A stretch of 64,000 nucleotides of DNA, taken from the NCBI GenBank assembly GCA_963757755.1, contig CAVWTK010000004.1:126278-190277 (forward strand). The letters are read 5' to 3'. This stretch comes from an uncultured bacterium (lineage in GTDB: Bacteria; Desulfobacterota; Binatia; HRBIN30; CADEER01). Below, one piece after another: positions 25,788 through 42,080 of this stretch. The translations under genes were made by a program, and so were the position numbers. The notes beneath the pieces were generated by a model. That model saw nothing but the letters and a program-made list of their open reading frames with translations. It did no database searches and had not been told where the DNA came from. Each line of letters opens with the position of its first letter. The first letter of the stretch is position 1.

Positions 25788-25851
25788 GTGCGCTGTCCTT
25801 CCTGCGTGCGATCGGCAGGCGTGCGCGATCGCGACGATCGCCACGGGCCGC

Positions 25852-26051
25852 TCATAGATACGGGATCAGCTTGCGGATCGCGCGGCGCGTTGGCGGCGTC
25901 GACCAGCGCCGAGCCTGCGCAGGTGGCGCTTCTGCTTGCGCGTCTTGCAGGTCAGCTGGTGGCGCAGATACGCCTTGCTGCGCATGATCTTGCCGGTGCC
26001 GGTCACCTTGAAGCGCTTGGCGGCGCCGCGGTTGGTCTTGATCTTGGGCAT
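25852..26051 (-). CDS. rpmI: 50S ribosomal protein L35 (indels)
   Basis: [21 protein letters not shown] ... IRKLIPYL. Confidence 0.95.
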
Positions 26052-26074
26052 GGTCCTCTCCTCGTGGATGCTCG

Positions 26075-28013
26075 TCAGACGGCGCCGCGCGCGGCTCACT
26101 TCGTCGCGCAGCTCGGCGATGAATCGCGTCGAGCGCCACCGGCTCGCTGCTGCCGCCGGAACGGCTGCGCGGCGCGACGGTGCGGTCGGCCGCTTCCTTG
26201 TCGCCGACCACCAGCATGTACGGCACCTTGGCCAGCTGCGCCTCGCGGATCTTGTAGCCCAGCTTCTCGTTGCGGTCGTCCAGCTCGGCGCGGAAGCCCG
26301 CGGCGCGCAGCGCTCCCGCCGACCTCGCGCGCCGTACGCCTGCTGGCGCTCGGTCAGGGTGAGCACCCGCGCCTGCATCGGGCGCGAGCCACAGCGGGAA
26401 CGCGCCGGCGCAGTGCTCGATGAGGATGCCCATGAAGCGCTCGATCGTGCCGAGGACGGCGCGGTGGATCATCACCGGCCGCGCCTCGCTGCCGTCGGGG
26501 CGCACGTAGGTCAGGTCGAAGCGCTCCGGCAGCGCGCCGAAGTCGAGCTGCACCGTCGCGAGCTGCCACGCGCGCTTGAGCGCGTCGAGCGATGATGAAG
26601 TCGATCTTCGGCCCGTAGAAGGCGCCGTCGCCGGCGTTGATCTCGTACGCGATGCCGGCGCCGCGCAGGGCATCGGCGCAGCGCCGCCCTCGGCGCGCTC
26701 CCACATCTCGTCGCTGCCGATCGACTTCTCCGGCCGGGTCGACAGCAGCACGTCGCCGCTCGTTGAAGCCGAAGTCGCGTGTAGACCTCGTCGATCATGC
26801 GCAGCAGAGGCGCTGATCTCGTCGCCGATCTGCTCCGGCATGCAGAAGATGTGCGCGTCGTCCTGGGCGAAGCTGCGCACGCGCGTCAGGCCGTGCAGCG
26901 TCCCGGAGCGCTCGGCGCGGTGCAGGCGGCCGAAGTCGGCGTAGCGGATCGGCAGCTCGCGGTAGGAGCGCTTGCGGTGGCCGAAGATCAGGCAGTGCGA
27001 CGGGCAGTTCATCGGCTTGACGCGCGTACTCGCGCTCCTCGAGCTGCGTGAAGAACATGTTCTCGCGGTAGTTGTCGTAGTGGCCGGAGCGCTTCCACAG
27101 CTCGACGTCCATCGATCTGCGGCGTGATGACCTCGTCGTAGCCGTAGCGCCGGTACAGGCCGCGCACGTAGTCGACGAGCTCGTTGTAGACGATCGCGCC
27201 CTTGGGGTGGAAGAACGGGCTGCCCGGCGCGACGGGTCGAACGAGAACAGGTCGAGCTCCTTGCCGAGCGTGCGGTGGTCGCGCTTCTTCGCCTCCTCGA
27301 TGCGCGCCAGATGCTCCTCGAGCGCCTCCTTGCTCGCGAACGCGGTGCCGTAGATGCGCTGCAGCATCTCGTTGCGCTCGTCGCCGCGCCAGTAGGCGCC
27401 GGCGATGCCGGTGAGCTTGAAGGCGCGGATGCACGCCGGTCGACGGCACGTGCGGGCCGCGGCAGAGGTCGACGAACTCGCCCTGCCGGTAGAGCGACCG
27501 ACGCGCGTCCTCGGGCATGCCGTCGATGATCTCGCGCCTTGTAGTCCTCGCCCATGCTCGCGGAAGAAGCGCGATCGCCTCGTCGCGCGCCATCTCCTCG
27601 CGGACGACCGGGAAGATCGCTGCTTGACGATCGCGCGCATCTCCGCCTCGATGCGCTCGAGATCCTCGGGCGTGAAGGGCGTGGCCTTCTTGAAGTCGTA
27701 GAAGAAGCCGTCCTCGATCACCGGACCGATGGTGATCTGCGTGTCGGGAAACAGGCGCTTCACCGCCTGCGCCATCAGGTGGGCGGTCGAGTGGCGCAGG
27801 ACGTCGAGGCCGTCCGGCGACTCGGCCGACACGGCCGCCGAGCTCACCGTCCGCTGTCGAGCGGCTCGTGACAGATCGACGACGCGGCCGTCGAGCCGCG
27901 CGGCGACGGCACCCTTCAGGTCGCGCACCGGCCGCCTTCAGCGCGGCGACGATCGTCGTCCCCGGCTCGACCTCGTGACGGGTACCCGTCGGCAGTGTGA
28001 CCGTGATGCTCAT
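26075..28013 (-). CDS. thrS: Threonyl-tRNA synthetase (many indels)
   Basis: [48 protein letters not shown]. Confidence 0.96.
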
Positions 28014-28046
28014 GTCGCGTCGTGCGGATTCGGAGACGAGCCGGAC

Positions 28047-28066
28047 GGCGCCGTTCGAACGGCGCC
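28047..28066. terminator. Perfect 20-bp palindrome between tRNA-Val and thrS
   Basis: GGCGCCGTTCGAACGGCGCC. Confidence 0.45.
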
Positions 28067-28079
28067 TGCCGGCACAGAA

Positions 28080-28154
28080 TGGTAGGCACGGGCGGATTTG
28101 AACCGCCGACCCCTTCCGTGTCAGGGAAGTGCTCTCCCCCTGAGCTACGTGCCT
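28080..28154 (-). tRNA. tRNA-Val(GAC)
   Basis: AGGCACGTAGCTCAGG...TTCCCT-GAC-ACGGAA...GGTTCAAATCC...GTGCCTACCA cloverleaf with encoded CCA. Confidence 0.97.
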
Positions 28155-28348
28155 TCAATCAATTCTCGCCTGCAAAATGCTCCAAGTTCTTGAAACAGAC
28201 TGAATTTGCTTTGCTATCAACTCGGTTCCGGAGGGTCAAGGAAGGGATTCCACGGGCTGTGGCGAAAGAGGCCACGGAGAGCCCACAGAGGGGGTCCCCT
28301 CTGTGCCCTCCGTGGCCTCGGTGGTGCAGCGCGGCCGGTCGGACCGGC

Positions 28349-30394
28349 CTAGAACTGGTAGGTGATCTTGAGGCCGACTTCGTCGCGGCGGGCGTTGAGG
28401 CCGCCGGCGCCCCACGGATCGAGGCTGGTGTCGCCAGAACCCAGGTCCGAATAGAAGTTGGCGCGGCCCTGGATGATGAAGTTGTTGGTCAGGAAGTAGT
28501 CGAGCTTGAGCTGCGACAGGAAGTTGCGGTTGATGGGATCGATGGCGACCGCGACGAACGGCACGATCGTGCCGCCGGCGTAGAAGGACGTCGCCGCCAG
28601 GGTGGTCAGCAGCTCCCACTGGTGGAAGTTGTCGGCCGTGCCGCCCAGGTAGGTGGAGTCCTGGGTGCGCTCGCTCTGGCCGGCGTAGATGCCGTTCGCC
28701 CACTGCACGCGGCCGGTGTTGCGGACGCTCTCCGGCACGATGATCGGGTTCTGGTTCTTGGGCGAGAAATACGGCTCCTGGCTGGCGCTCAGGACCGAGC
28801 CACGCAGGTCGGAGTGCTGGCCGTTGACGAAGCTCCAGAAGAACTGGCCGGTGATGAACCAGGTGGTGCGTGGATTCAGCCACTTGATCCAGGTCGGTCG
28901 GTCGAAGCCGATCATGCCCGCCCAGACGTCGCGGTTGGTGTAGCCGAGCGGCGCGTAGACGCCGGGCAGCGCCTTGCAGGTCGGGCCGACGCCGTTGGCG
29001 CATCCGCCCGGCGTGAGCTCCTGCGTCACCGGCGCGCGGTCGTTGAGCGAAGCGGTCTGGAACGGGGCGTCGATCTGGTACGCCTGCTCCATCCGGAAGA
29101 CCGTGTTGGTGTAGTTGCCCTCGAACCAGTTGGCGGTGAAGCCGAAGATGTTCGAGTACGGGAACACGAACTCCGCATCGACCTGCGCCGGGTAGACCGG
29201 CGCGCGGACGCCGACCAGCGTGGCGGCGGGGCTGGTCGGATCCTGCGGGTTCTGGCGGAACGCATTGGCCTGCTGAAAGCTCGGCACGACGGCGCTCTTG
29301 ATGTCCAACGCGAACGGCGCGCCGGCGACCGCGCCGATGCCGCGCGAACGCCCGTAATAGTAGTTCAAGGTGAACTCGAACCCCTGCATGTTGACCCAGG
29401 GGATGTCGGTGACGCCGTGCAGGCGCAGGCCGACCTCGCTCGCGTCGGCGAGGTTCCGCTTGAAGTCGCCCTGCCGGAAGCTCGTGCCGTGCAGATTGAA
29501 GAGGGGCGTCAGCGAAGATCGGCTGATTCGGGCTGCGCGAGCTGGACCTGACCGGTGCGCACCGGGTTGGGCACCGGAATGCCCCACGGCGCCGGCAGGA
29601 ACTCGACCTTGTTGCCGGGCTGGAAGTCGCCCGGGTTGAAGACCAGCTCGGCGAAGGAGTTGGAGAACGGCCCGACGTCGCCGAAGTCGTAGATCCCCTT
29701 CACCAGCCACAGCGGGATGCGCAGCTTGTCCCAATCCTCCTGCTGCAGATGCCAGGTGGTGTCGAGCGGGTTGATGATGTCCATCAGGCGGAACTGGTCG
29801 CTCTCGCCCCAGATCACCTGCTGGCGGCCGACGCGGAAGCTGAGCGGCACGTCGGCAAGGGCGAGGTCGATGTACGCCTCGCGCAGGGTGTTCTCCCAGG
29901 CCAGGGAGTTGCGGCCCTCCGAGTGGTGAGGCTGGAGTAGATGCCGTTCGCGCAGGGAGCTGCAGCCCGGCGTCGTGCAGATGCAGTCGGGCGTCGTACA
30001 CGCCTGACCGATCTGTTGCCGGAGATCGGCCCGCCGACCAGATCGTCGTACGCGGTCACGCCGCTGCTGACGACCGCCGGTGCCGATGCCCCAGAAACTG
30101 TCGTACACGCCGCGATAGAGCATGTAGAGCTTCGACCGCTTGACGCACGGCACGTCGTATCGATCGACGAGCTGTGCCGTTCTCCAACCAGTCGTAGTCG
30201 AGCCGCAACAGCGCCGTGTTGCGGTTCTGGATGAACTGGTACTGGTCGATCTGACCGGTGCGCACCAACGTCTGCGAGTCGACCGAGCCCGAGAGCTCGA
30301 TCGGCCCGTACTTCAAGGTTGCCAGTGCCGGACGCGCTCCGCTCAGGCCGAGCAATACCAGTCCGACGCCGAGAGTCCCGATGACTCCCCTCAT
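28349..30394 (-). CDS. DUF1302-like outer-membrane beta-barrel protein (indels)
   Basis: Signal peptide, LREAYIDL, RVGRQQVIWGESD, DIINPLD, aromatic C-terminus KITYQF. Confidence 0.8.
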
Positions 30395-30418
30395 CGTGCG
30401 ACCGCTTCGTGCCATTAA

Positions 30419-31970
<1,552 letters not shown>

Positions 31971-31974
<4 letters not shown>

Positions 31975-32032
31975 GAACCCGCCAAGGACGCCAAAATCAC
32001 GCCAAGACATCCTTGGTGTCCTTGGCGGGTTC

Positions 32033-32036
<4 letters not shown>
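31971..32036. repeat. Palindromic element between convergent gltX and glnS
   Basis: CTGAGAACCCGCCAAGGACGCCAA ... TTGGTGTCCTTGGCGGGTTCTCAG. Confidence 0.8.
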
Positions 32037-33723
<1,687 letters not shown>

Positions 33724-33861
33724 CTCGTCCCCGCGGGTGCGCGGCAGCGTACACAGCCGGCTGCGCGGTCGCAACGCAGCCGCATCCACGCCCGTCGACG
33801 ACGCGGCACGCCCCACGCCTTCGCGCTTCACCCAGCCGCGAATGGACGATACAGTCGGCCC

Positions 33862-34272
33862 ATGGGGGAGGAGGCTCGGCCCGAAACCAGTCGCGGGCGC
33901 CCGCCGCGCGGAATCTTCGTGGCACTGGCGACGACCCTGCTGCTCGGCGGCGGCGTGGTCACCGAGAGCGGCTGCTCGGATTGCAGCCTGCGGGTCAGCA
34001 CGCGCATGCTGCCCGACGCCGCCGTCGGCATCCGCTACGACGTGCCGCTGACCTCGAATTGCGGCGGCGACGCCTGGTTCCTGCAGACCGGCACCCTCCC
34101 TCCCGGCATCGGCCTGCAGGAGGACGGCGAGCTCGCCGGCATCCCGACGCTGGTCGGGACGTACACGTTCACGGTCGGAGTCTTCGACTTCCCCAGCGGC
34201 GCGACCGCATACAAGGGCCTGTCGATGACGGTCGATCCCGCCAGTCCGACGCCAACCGCCACCCCGGGATGA
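33862..34272 (+). CDS. Putative Ig-domain (He_PIG-like) exported protein
   Basis: Hydrophobic N-terminal segment, [30 protein letters not shown]. Confidence 0.75.
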   Translation: MGEEARPETSRGRPPRGIFVALATTLLLGGGVVTESGCSDCSLRVSTRMLPDAAVGIRYDVPLTSNCGGDAWFLQTGTLPPGIGLQEDGELAGIPTLVGTYTFTVGVFDFPSGATAYKGLSMTVDPASPTPTATPG

Positions 34273-34384
34273 AGGTCGGGACCTCCGTCCCGACTGACCT
34301 GGCCGCGCTTGACTACTGAACCGGCGCTCACGACAGTATCGCCCAGCCGGAACGGGCGCGGCGACTACGATTGACGAGGCGGAC

Positions 34385-36538
<2,154 letters not shown>

Positions 36539-36808
36539 CCCTCCGCGTCATCCACGGATGAACTCGCGGGGCCACGGATGAACCCGCATCCCCACCCCCA
36601 AAAAGACACACTCCAGCAGATGCTGGCGCTCACAGCGCCGCCGTCGGTGTGGACTGCCGCTCAGCGAGCTTCGGAGACCGCCGCGCGCGTCGATCCGCCA
36701 CGGAATTCGACAACGCCTCGGAAAGTCCTGGACCATGCGTGCAGCTCTTACCGGCATGGCGCCGCGAGCCCCCCTGCGGCAAGTGTGTCCGCTGTGCCGT
36801 ATGCGTGA

Positions 36809-36824
36809 TGGTGCGCCGATTGCT
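36809..36824 (+). promoter_or_regulatory. Putative sigma54 promoter
   Basis: TGGTGCGCCGATTGCT. Confidence 0.55.
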
Positions 36825-36977
36825 GAGTTTGCCCTCGCAGCCTCACGCCGCCAGGCGGAGAGGACTGTTCGTATTCGCATGGAGGCGTCACGGACAAGCT
36901 GGGGCGCTCCACTCCCTCCCCAACCTCGATCAATCGCCGGGCGCGTCGTCCGGTGGCGTGACATCCGCGGAGGTCGC

Positions 36978-37406
36978 ATGAATCCCACCGAGCTGCTGGT
37001 CCGCCAGCACGACGACATACTGGCGGTCTTCGACGAGCTGGATCTCGCCGTCGACGACATCGAACGCGTACGGCTGCTCGTCCGCGCCGGCGAATCCTTC
37101 CAGGCCCACACGGCGCTCGAACAGGACGTCTTCTATGCCGCTGTTGCCCGCCAGGCCGAAGAGGTCGTCGAGGACGCCCTCGCCGCCCATCGTGCGATCG
37201 ACGGGCTGCTGGACGAAACCGTCGGCACCCCGAGCGTCGCCAACATCAGGGAACTGCGCAGCATGATCGAGCGACATTTCCAGGACGAGGCGCAACGCCT
37301 CTTCCCGCTCGCCGACCGCTTCGACGATGCCGCTGCCGAAGCCCTCGCGGATCAACTGCGCCGCTACGCGCGCGCCGCGGCCGAAAGTCCCGGCGCCGTC
37401 TCCTGA
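36978..37406 (+). CDS. Hemerythrin/HHE-domain protein
   Basis: LVRQH, HTALEQDVFY, AH, HFQDEAQRLFP; GGAGG RBS. Confidence 0.8.
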   Translation: MNPTELLVRQHDDILAVFDELDLAVDDIERVRLLVRAGESFQAHTALEQDVFYAAVARQAEEVVEDALAAHRAIDGLLDETVGTPSVANIRELRSMIERHFQDEAQRLFPLADRFDDAAAEALADQLRRYARAAAESPGAVS

Positions 37407-37490
37407 CCCTTGGTCGGTACGACCAGCCGTCTCGGTCAAGCTTACACGGTCGCCCCCCGCACCCTGCCCGCCCTCCCCGCTTGGCACGAC

Positions 37491-37506
37491 TGGCCCGCCA
37501 CTTGCT
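37491..37506 (+). promoter_or_regulatory. Putative sigma54 promoter
   Basis: TGGCCCGCCACTTGCT. Confidence 0.65.
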
Positions 37507-37533
37507 CCTCCGGAAGTGCGAAGGGAGAGAGCA

Positions 37534-37788
37534 ATGGCAGCCACAAAGCGGAGCACGGGAACGAAGGCGCGTCATACCAAGGCATCCACCACGGCCAAGC
37601 GCGGGACGCGTGATCGCCATTACGGAGCAAAGGCTTCGCAGAAGGTGGAGAAGACGATGCACGAGATGAAGCACGGCACGCTGCGCTCCGGTGGTTCCGG
37701 AAAGAAGGTCACCGACCGCAAGCAGGCCATCGCCATCGGCCTGAGCGAGGCACGCCGTGCGGGCGGCAAGGTCCCGCGCCAGAAGTAG
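37534..37788 (+). CDS. DUF6496-type small basic protein
   Basis: KVEKTMHE.K.GTLRSG..GKKVTDRKQAIAIGLSEARRAG. Confidence 0.85.
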   Translation: MAATKRSTGTKARHTKASTTAKRGTRDRHYGAKASQKVEKTMHEMKHGTLRSGGSGKKVTDRKQAIAIGLSEARRAGGKVPRQK

Positions 37789-37876
37789 CTCGATCCGCGA
37801 CCGACTTCCCGTCGTGTCGCGAACGCGGCGATTCGCCGCGTAGACCGGGCGGCCTGTGTCGCCTTGGGGGTGCCTG

Positions 37877-38092
37877 ATGGACCGGCAGCAACTTGAACAG
37901 CTTGGCCCCGAATTCTCCGTCCGCGTCGGCAGCGAATCGATCGCGGTTCACGGCAGTCCCGCATTCGGCTGGACCGTCGCCAACGCCGAGAGCGCGGGAG
38001 GTTTGGCGTATCGCTATTCGACGCTCGAGGAGCTCGTGTTCGTGCTGATCAATCTCAGCATCGCGCTGGATGGCGATCTCGCCTGCGCCTGA
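37877..38092 (+). CDS. Small hypothetical protein
   Basis: 71-aa ORF with plausible codon usage in a run of same-strand small genes. Confidence 0.55.
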   Translation: MDRQQLEQLGPEFSVRVGSESIAVHGSPAFGWTVANAESAGGLAYRYSTLEELVFVLINLSIALDGDLACA

Positions 38093-38116
38093 GACGGAGA
38101 TCACAGGAGACTGGCC

Positions 38117-38446
38117 ATGAACTTCCGATCGCTACTCCGATTTTGGACGGCCCTCGTACTCCTCTGTGGCGTCCTGGCATTGCCATCCGACATCGTCGTC
38201 CCCGCGTCGGCTCAACCGCCGGGGGTGCTCAGGGACGCGGGTCCTCGCGAAGGCACGCCGGCGGCGCCGTTGCCGGTCTCGAGCTACGGCATCCTGCTGG
38301 GGCTCCTCGTACTGGGCGGCGGCGTCGGCCTCGCCTTCGTCGTCGTCATCCGCGGCTGGGATCGACAGCGTCCGACCGAACGCCACGCGGAAGCCGAGGC
38401 CGCGGCACGAACTCACCAGCCTCGTCATCCCCAAACGCATCGCTAG
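38117..38446 (+). CDS. Small membrane protein (signal peptide plus one TM)
   Basis: AGGAGA RBS; two hydrophobic segments. Confidence 0.65.
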   Translation: MNFRSLLRFWTALVLLCGVLALPSDIVVPASAQPPGVLRDAGPREGTPAAPLPVSSYGILLGLLVLGGGVGLAFVVVIRGWDRQRPTERHAEAEAAARTHQPRHPQTHR

Positions 38447-38454
38447 GAGGTTCC

Positions 38455-38667
38455 ATGAACGATCGCACCAATCGCACTCGGAAGGTCGAGAACGAGGACC
38501 GCGCACCGCGTCCGGGTCAGGACCAGGGTTTCGCGCGCGCGAAAGACGTCGAGGACAAGCGGAGCCAGGCGGAGGCGCCGAAGCACGCCGACCACAGTCT
38601 CGACCGCACCGGCGAGAAGAAATACGAGGACGGACTGCACCGCTTCGAAAAGGACGACAAGTCCTGA
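38455..38667 (+). CDS. Small hydrophilic (hydrophilin-like) protein
   Basis: AGGAGG RBS; highly charged 70-aa ORF. Confidence 0.65.
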   Translation: MNDRTNRTRKVENEDRAPRPGQDQGFARAKDVEDKRSQAEAPKHADHSLDRTGEKKYEDGLHRFEKDDKS

Positions 38668-38705
38668 AGCGCGCGGACGTCGGCCACAGCCGCCGGCTCT
38701 CGCGG

Positions 38706-38909
38706 TCAGGCGACGTGCTGGTAGCGCTCGCGGAAGTGCGTGAGCGCCGACGCGACGTCGACAAACCGTCGGTCGCGGTCAGCGCCATCCGGTTGCTCGG
38801 CGGGACAACCGTTTGTTGTCGTCGACCAACTCGAGAAGCGCCACCCTTGGCCATCGTCGACGAAGGTGACGCTCAGCATCGCTCCGAGCCTGGTGGCATA
38901 AACCCTCAT
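38706..38909 (-). CDS. Small hypothetical protein, paralog A (DG..WRF.SWS family)
   Basis: GGGGAGAGG RBS-like sequence; similar to the ORF at 53764-54156. Confidence 0.65.
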   Translation of the reverse strand: MRVYATRLGAMLSVTFVDDGQGWRFSSWSTTTNGCPAEQPDGADRDRRFVDVASALTHFRERYQHVA

Positions 38910-39519
38910 GAGGCCCTCTCCCCAATGCGCGGCGCTATCGCCCGATGCATCCTCTCCGCAGCGACCTATCGACGATCGCACCCTATTCCCTGAGGCGCGA
39001 AAACCGCAACAAAAATGTCCCGCATCGGGATAAAGGATGTACGCATCGGTGTCGCACGTACGCGGCGCTGCTTTCTCGTGTCGCGGCGGCGACGTCGGCA
39101 CGCGGACAGTGACGCCGGCTTCGTCCGCGGCTACGCCGCCGCCGACTCTGAACAAGCGCGGCCGCACGCGGCGCTCACCCAGCTCAGCGGCGTCGAGCGC
39201 GTCGATCGGGTCCCGGCCACGACCGAGGGCAGCCAGTGGACCCTCCCTGCCGCGCCGCGAGGTGTTCGCGTCTCTGGCCTGCAGTGCGGCAACTGGGGTG
39301 GTGGCCAGCGCAGCATCCGTCTGCCCTGGCTATTTCGACAGCGACTCGCCAAACAGGGGCAGCTCGACAAGCAGCACGTCCAGTACATCGGCCGGAACGC
39401 CTGGTTGAATCTCTGCTCGCCGGCGCGAATTCACTCGGCCCGCGCAAGAGTTACGCGGCAGATTTACACATGAACCTCTGCATCGCCGGTTCCGCGTCGC
39501 AGAGTCACCGTTCCGCTGC

Positions 39520-39535
39520 TGGCCCGGCGGTTGCT
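39520..39535 (+). promoter_or_regulatory. Putative sigma54 promoter
   Basis: TGGCCCGGCGGTTGCT. Confidence 0.6.
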
Positions 39536-39547
39536 CACTAGGAGCCC

Positions 39548-40309
39548 ATGTGGTGGATGCTGTGGGTCATCGCGCTCGTCATACCTCTGGTCCCCGTCAC
39601 CGCCCGAGGGGTGGAGTCGCAACCGATTTCCCTCAAGTACCTGGAGGGTGACTACGCCGGTGCAACCACCATCTGGACTGAAGACGGCAAGCACATAATC
39701 GGCTTCATCTCCTACAGCCAGCACCGCCAGGGCGACCACTTGAAGATCGAGCGGACCGCGCATTTCCGCGACGGCTCGAGCGACGAGGATACCGCCGAGG
39801 TGCAGGTCGGCGACCAGCTGCGGGCGATCGGCGGGCACTCCATCATCCGCGATACCAAGGGCAAGCCGACGATGGACCTTCACATCGACGTCGCGGCGCG
39901 CCACCTCAGCGGGTTCTACATCGACGGCGGCAAGCGCGAAGAGGTCAACGAGGATGTGGACATCGGACCCGCCACCTATTGGGGACCGCTCTACATGCTC
40001 GTCGTCAAGAATTTTGCCGCCAATGCGGCGGACGGCAAGGTGGTCGTGCAGAGCGTCGTGTCGACGCCGAAGCCGCGAATCATCGACATGGAGTTTCAGC
40101 GCGACGGCAACGCCACGGTCGTGCGGACCGGCGGCAGCATCAAGGCCGACCGCATCACCCTGCTGCCAACGGTCAACTTCCTGGTCGATCCGATCCTGCA
40201 ACGCCTGGTGCCGAAGACCGAGTTCCTGGTCGCCCCAGGCGAACCGCCGTCGTTGGCGCGCTTCGACGGCCCGCGCAACTACGCGGGCCAGATGATCCGC
40301 CTCGAGTAG
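39548..40309 (+). CDS. Secreted beta-rich hypothetical protein
   Basis: Signal peptide; intact 253-aa ORF with strong codon bias. Confidence 0.8.
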   Translation: MWWMLWVIALVIPLVPVTARGVESQPISLKYLEGDYAGATTIWTEDGKHIIGFISYSQHRQGDHLKIERTAHFRDGSSDEDTAEVQVGDQLRAIGGHSIIRDTKGKPTMDLHIDVAARHLSGFYIDGGKREEVNEDVDIGPATYWGPLYMLVVKNFAANAADGKVVVQSVVSTPKPRIIDMEFQRDGNATVVRTGGSIKADRITLLPTVNFLVDPILQRLVPKTEFLVAPGEPPSLARFDGPRNYAGQMIRLE

Positions 40310-40347
40310 CGTCGGCGTATTCGACAACGGCAACCGAGGAGGTACAG

Positions 40348-40950
40348 ATGAAGACTACCCGCAAGACGACGACATCCAAGACGCGGCCGTCCGCGCAGCG
40401 CACCACCGCCCGCCCGTCCCGCCGGCGTGCGCGGCGCGCGGGCGCCGCCGGGCGCGACGCCGTGACCGTCCTGAAGAGCGATCACGTCCGCATCAAGTCT
40501 GTTCTGTCCGCCCTGCAGCAGGCACGCACGGCGGTCCGGCGCGCGACGCTGATCGCGGAAGCCGAGCGGCTGCTCAAGCGTCACACCAGCGCCGAGGAAG
40601 ACATCTTCTATCCGGCGTTTCGCGAAGCCGCGAAGACGAAGGAGGATCGCAAGCTCTTCCACGAGGCGCGCGAGGAACACCACATCGTCGACCTCGTCCT
40701 GCCAGAGGTGCGTGACTCGCGCCACGAGCCCGACGTGTTCGCCGCTCGCGCCAAGGTGCTGAAGGAGCTCGTCGAGCACCATATCGACGAAGAGCATGAC
40801 GACCTCTTCCCGCGCGCCCGCCGCCTGCTCTCCGCCGGCGAGCTGCGCGAGCTCGGGACCCGGCTGCACGCCGTCCTGAGCGGCGGCAGCGAATCGTCGA
40901 CAACCGGCGCCCTCCGCTCGGTGGGGGCGCTGATCGGCCTGATCCCGTGA
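40348..40950 (+). CDS. Hemerythrin/HHE-domain protein with basic N-terminal tail
   Basis: LKSDH, HTSAEEDIFYP, EEH, EHHIDEE..LFP; GAGGAGG RBS. Confidence 0.88.
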   Translation: MKTTRKTTTSKTRPSAQRTTARPSRRRARRAGAAGRDAVTVLKSDHVRIKSVLSALQQARTAVRRATLIAEAERLLKRHTSAEEDIFYPAFREAAKTKEDRKLFHEAREEHHIVDLVLPEVRDSRHEPDVFAARAKVLKELVEHHIDEEHDDLFPRARRLLSAGELRELGTRLHAVLSGGSESSTTGALRSVGALIGLIP

Positions 40951-40959
40951 GGGCACGCC

Positions 40960-41394
40960 ATGACTGCGTTCGCCATGACCGCCGCCAGCGCCGAAGAGCC
41001 ACGGCCGTCTGACAGTCCCACACCTGCTCGCGTCCTCATTCTCGACGCCGACTGCTCCGTCGCCAATGCCTTGGCGTTTCTGCTCGACGGCTACGGGTTC
41101 CAGACGGTGGTGGCCGGCCACGTTGACGAGGCGCGCGAGATCCTCGAGACGGAAGCCATCGACGCCGTGATCACTGATCCGCTCTTCCCTGGCGGCGGCC
41201 GCCGCTGGCTCGCCGAACTGCGCGCCGTCCGTCCGCAGCTCCCGGTGCTCGTGCTGACAGCCGACTTCCTCGAGATGCTGGGATTGGGCAGCGTCTACGG
41301 CCTTGCCGACGCGGTCCTTCCCAAGCCGTCGGAATCCGGAGTGCTCGTGGCCGTGCTCCGCCGAGTTCTCGGCCGGTGGCACGGCGAGTCATGA
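40960..41394 (+). CDS. Single-domain response regulator
   Basis: VLILDAD, AVITD, LPVLVLTA, PKP. Confidence 0.75.
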   Translation: MTAFAMTAASAEEPRPSDSPTPARVLILDADCSVANALAFLLDGYGFQTVVAGHVDEAREILETEAIDAVITDPLFPGGGRRWLAELRAVRPQLPVLVLTADFLEMLGLGSVYGLADAVLPKPSESGVLVAVLRRVLGRWHGES

Positions 41395-41450
41395 GGCGAC
41401 CCCACGTCCTTGCCCTTGCGCCGCGCGGGCGCCAGAGGGGAGCGCGCTAG

Positions 41451-42080
41451 ATGGCTCGCCTCGACGATTCGCTGTTGGCTGCTCGCATGCGCGCGCTCGC
41501 CACGTTTGCACCCGACTACTTCCACGACCTGAAGGGCCCATTGAACGCGATCGCGCTCCGCCTCGAGTTGTTGCGCGCGATGTCTTCGAGTGAGGACGTG
41601 GAACAGAAACGCGGCACGGCATTGGGTGCGATGGGAGATCAGGTCCGCCGGCTCGACCAACTGCTGCAGCGCTGGTTGCTGCTGACGACGCATTCCGACA
41701 CGGCGCCGGACCTCTGCGATTTGCGTCAGCTCGTGCAGGACGTGTCCGCGCTCGCGGCACCCGCGGCGCGCAAGCGCGGCCTTGCGCTCGCTGTCGAGGT
41801 CCCGGAGACCGTGGTCATCGCGGGCGTCGCGGAGGCGACCGTGAGCACGCTGCTGCTCGACCTCGTCCGCCACGCCCTCGGCGATCTGGCCCGCGGCTCC
41901 GCCTGTGGCGTGCACCTCGAGCGCAACGGCAGCAGCGCCCATTGTCGCGTTCACGGCGCCGCGTTCGACGATGCCGCGACCGCGCTGGCACTCCGCATCG
42001 CCGCGAGCGTCGGCGGGACCTGCGCGTTGATCGCCAACGGCGGAACGTCCGCCGCGCTCCTCACCCTGCCGTTGGGATAG
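41451..42080 (+). CDS. Degenerate histidine kinase (HisKA-like)
   Basis: H-box FHDLKGPLNAI; ATP-binding boxes not recognisable. Confidence 0.65.
   Translation: MARLDDSLLAARMRALATFAPDYFHDLKGPLNAIALRLELLRAMSSSEDVEQKRGTALGAMGDQVRRLDQLLQRWLLLTTHSDTAPDLCDLRQLVQDVSALAAPAARKRGLALAVEVPETVVIAGVAEATVSTLLLDLVRHALGDLARGSACGVHLERNGSSAHCRVHGAAFDDAATALALRIAASVGGTCALIANGGTSAALLTLPLG

Noticed and set aside
25866-26378. Apparent ThrRS-L35 in-frame fusion
   Set aside because: rpmI has its own RBS, and a single indel restores a TGA at 26075-26077
21847-28013. Programmed frameshifting or pseudogenisation of translation genes
   Set aside because: Too many scattered indels in essential genes and no consistent slippery motif; sequencing error is far more likely
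28080-28350. Integrative element at tRNA-Val
   Set aside because: No integrase or duplicated tRNA 3' end seen; flanking genes look chromosomal
39005-39021. sigma54 promoter for paralog A
   Set aside because: Spacing is GG-N11-GC; valid only if the T-run contains a sequencing error
39015-39473. 152-aa ORF
   Set aside because: No recognisable motif or RBS; could be a decayed fragment, so not called
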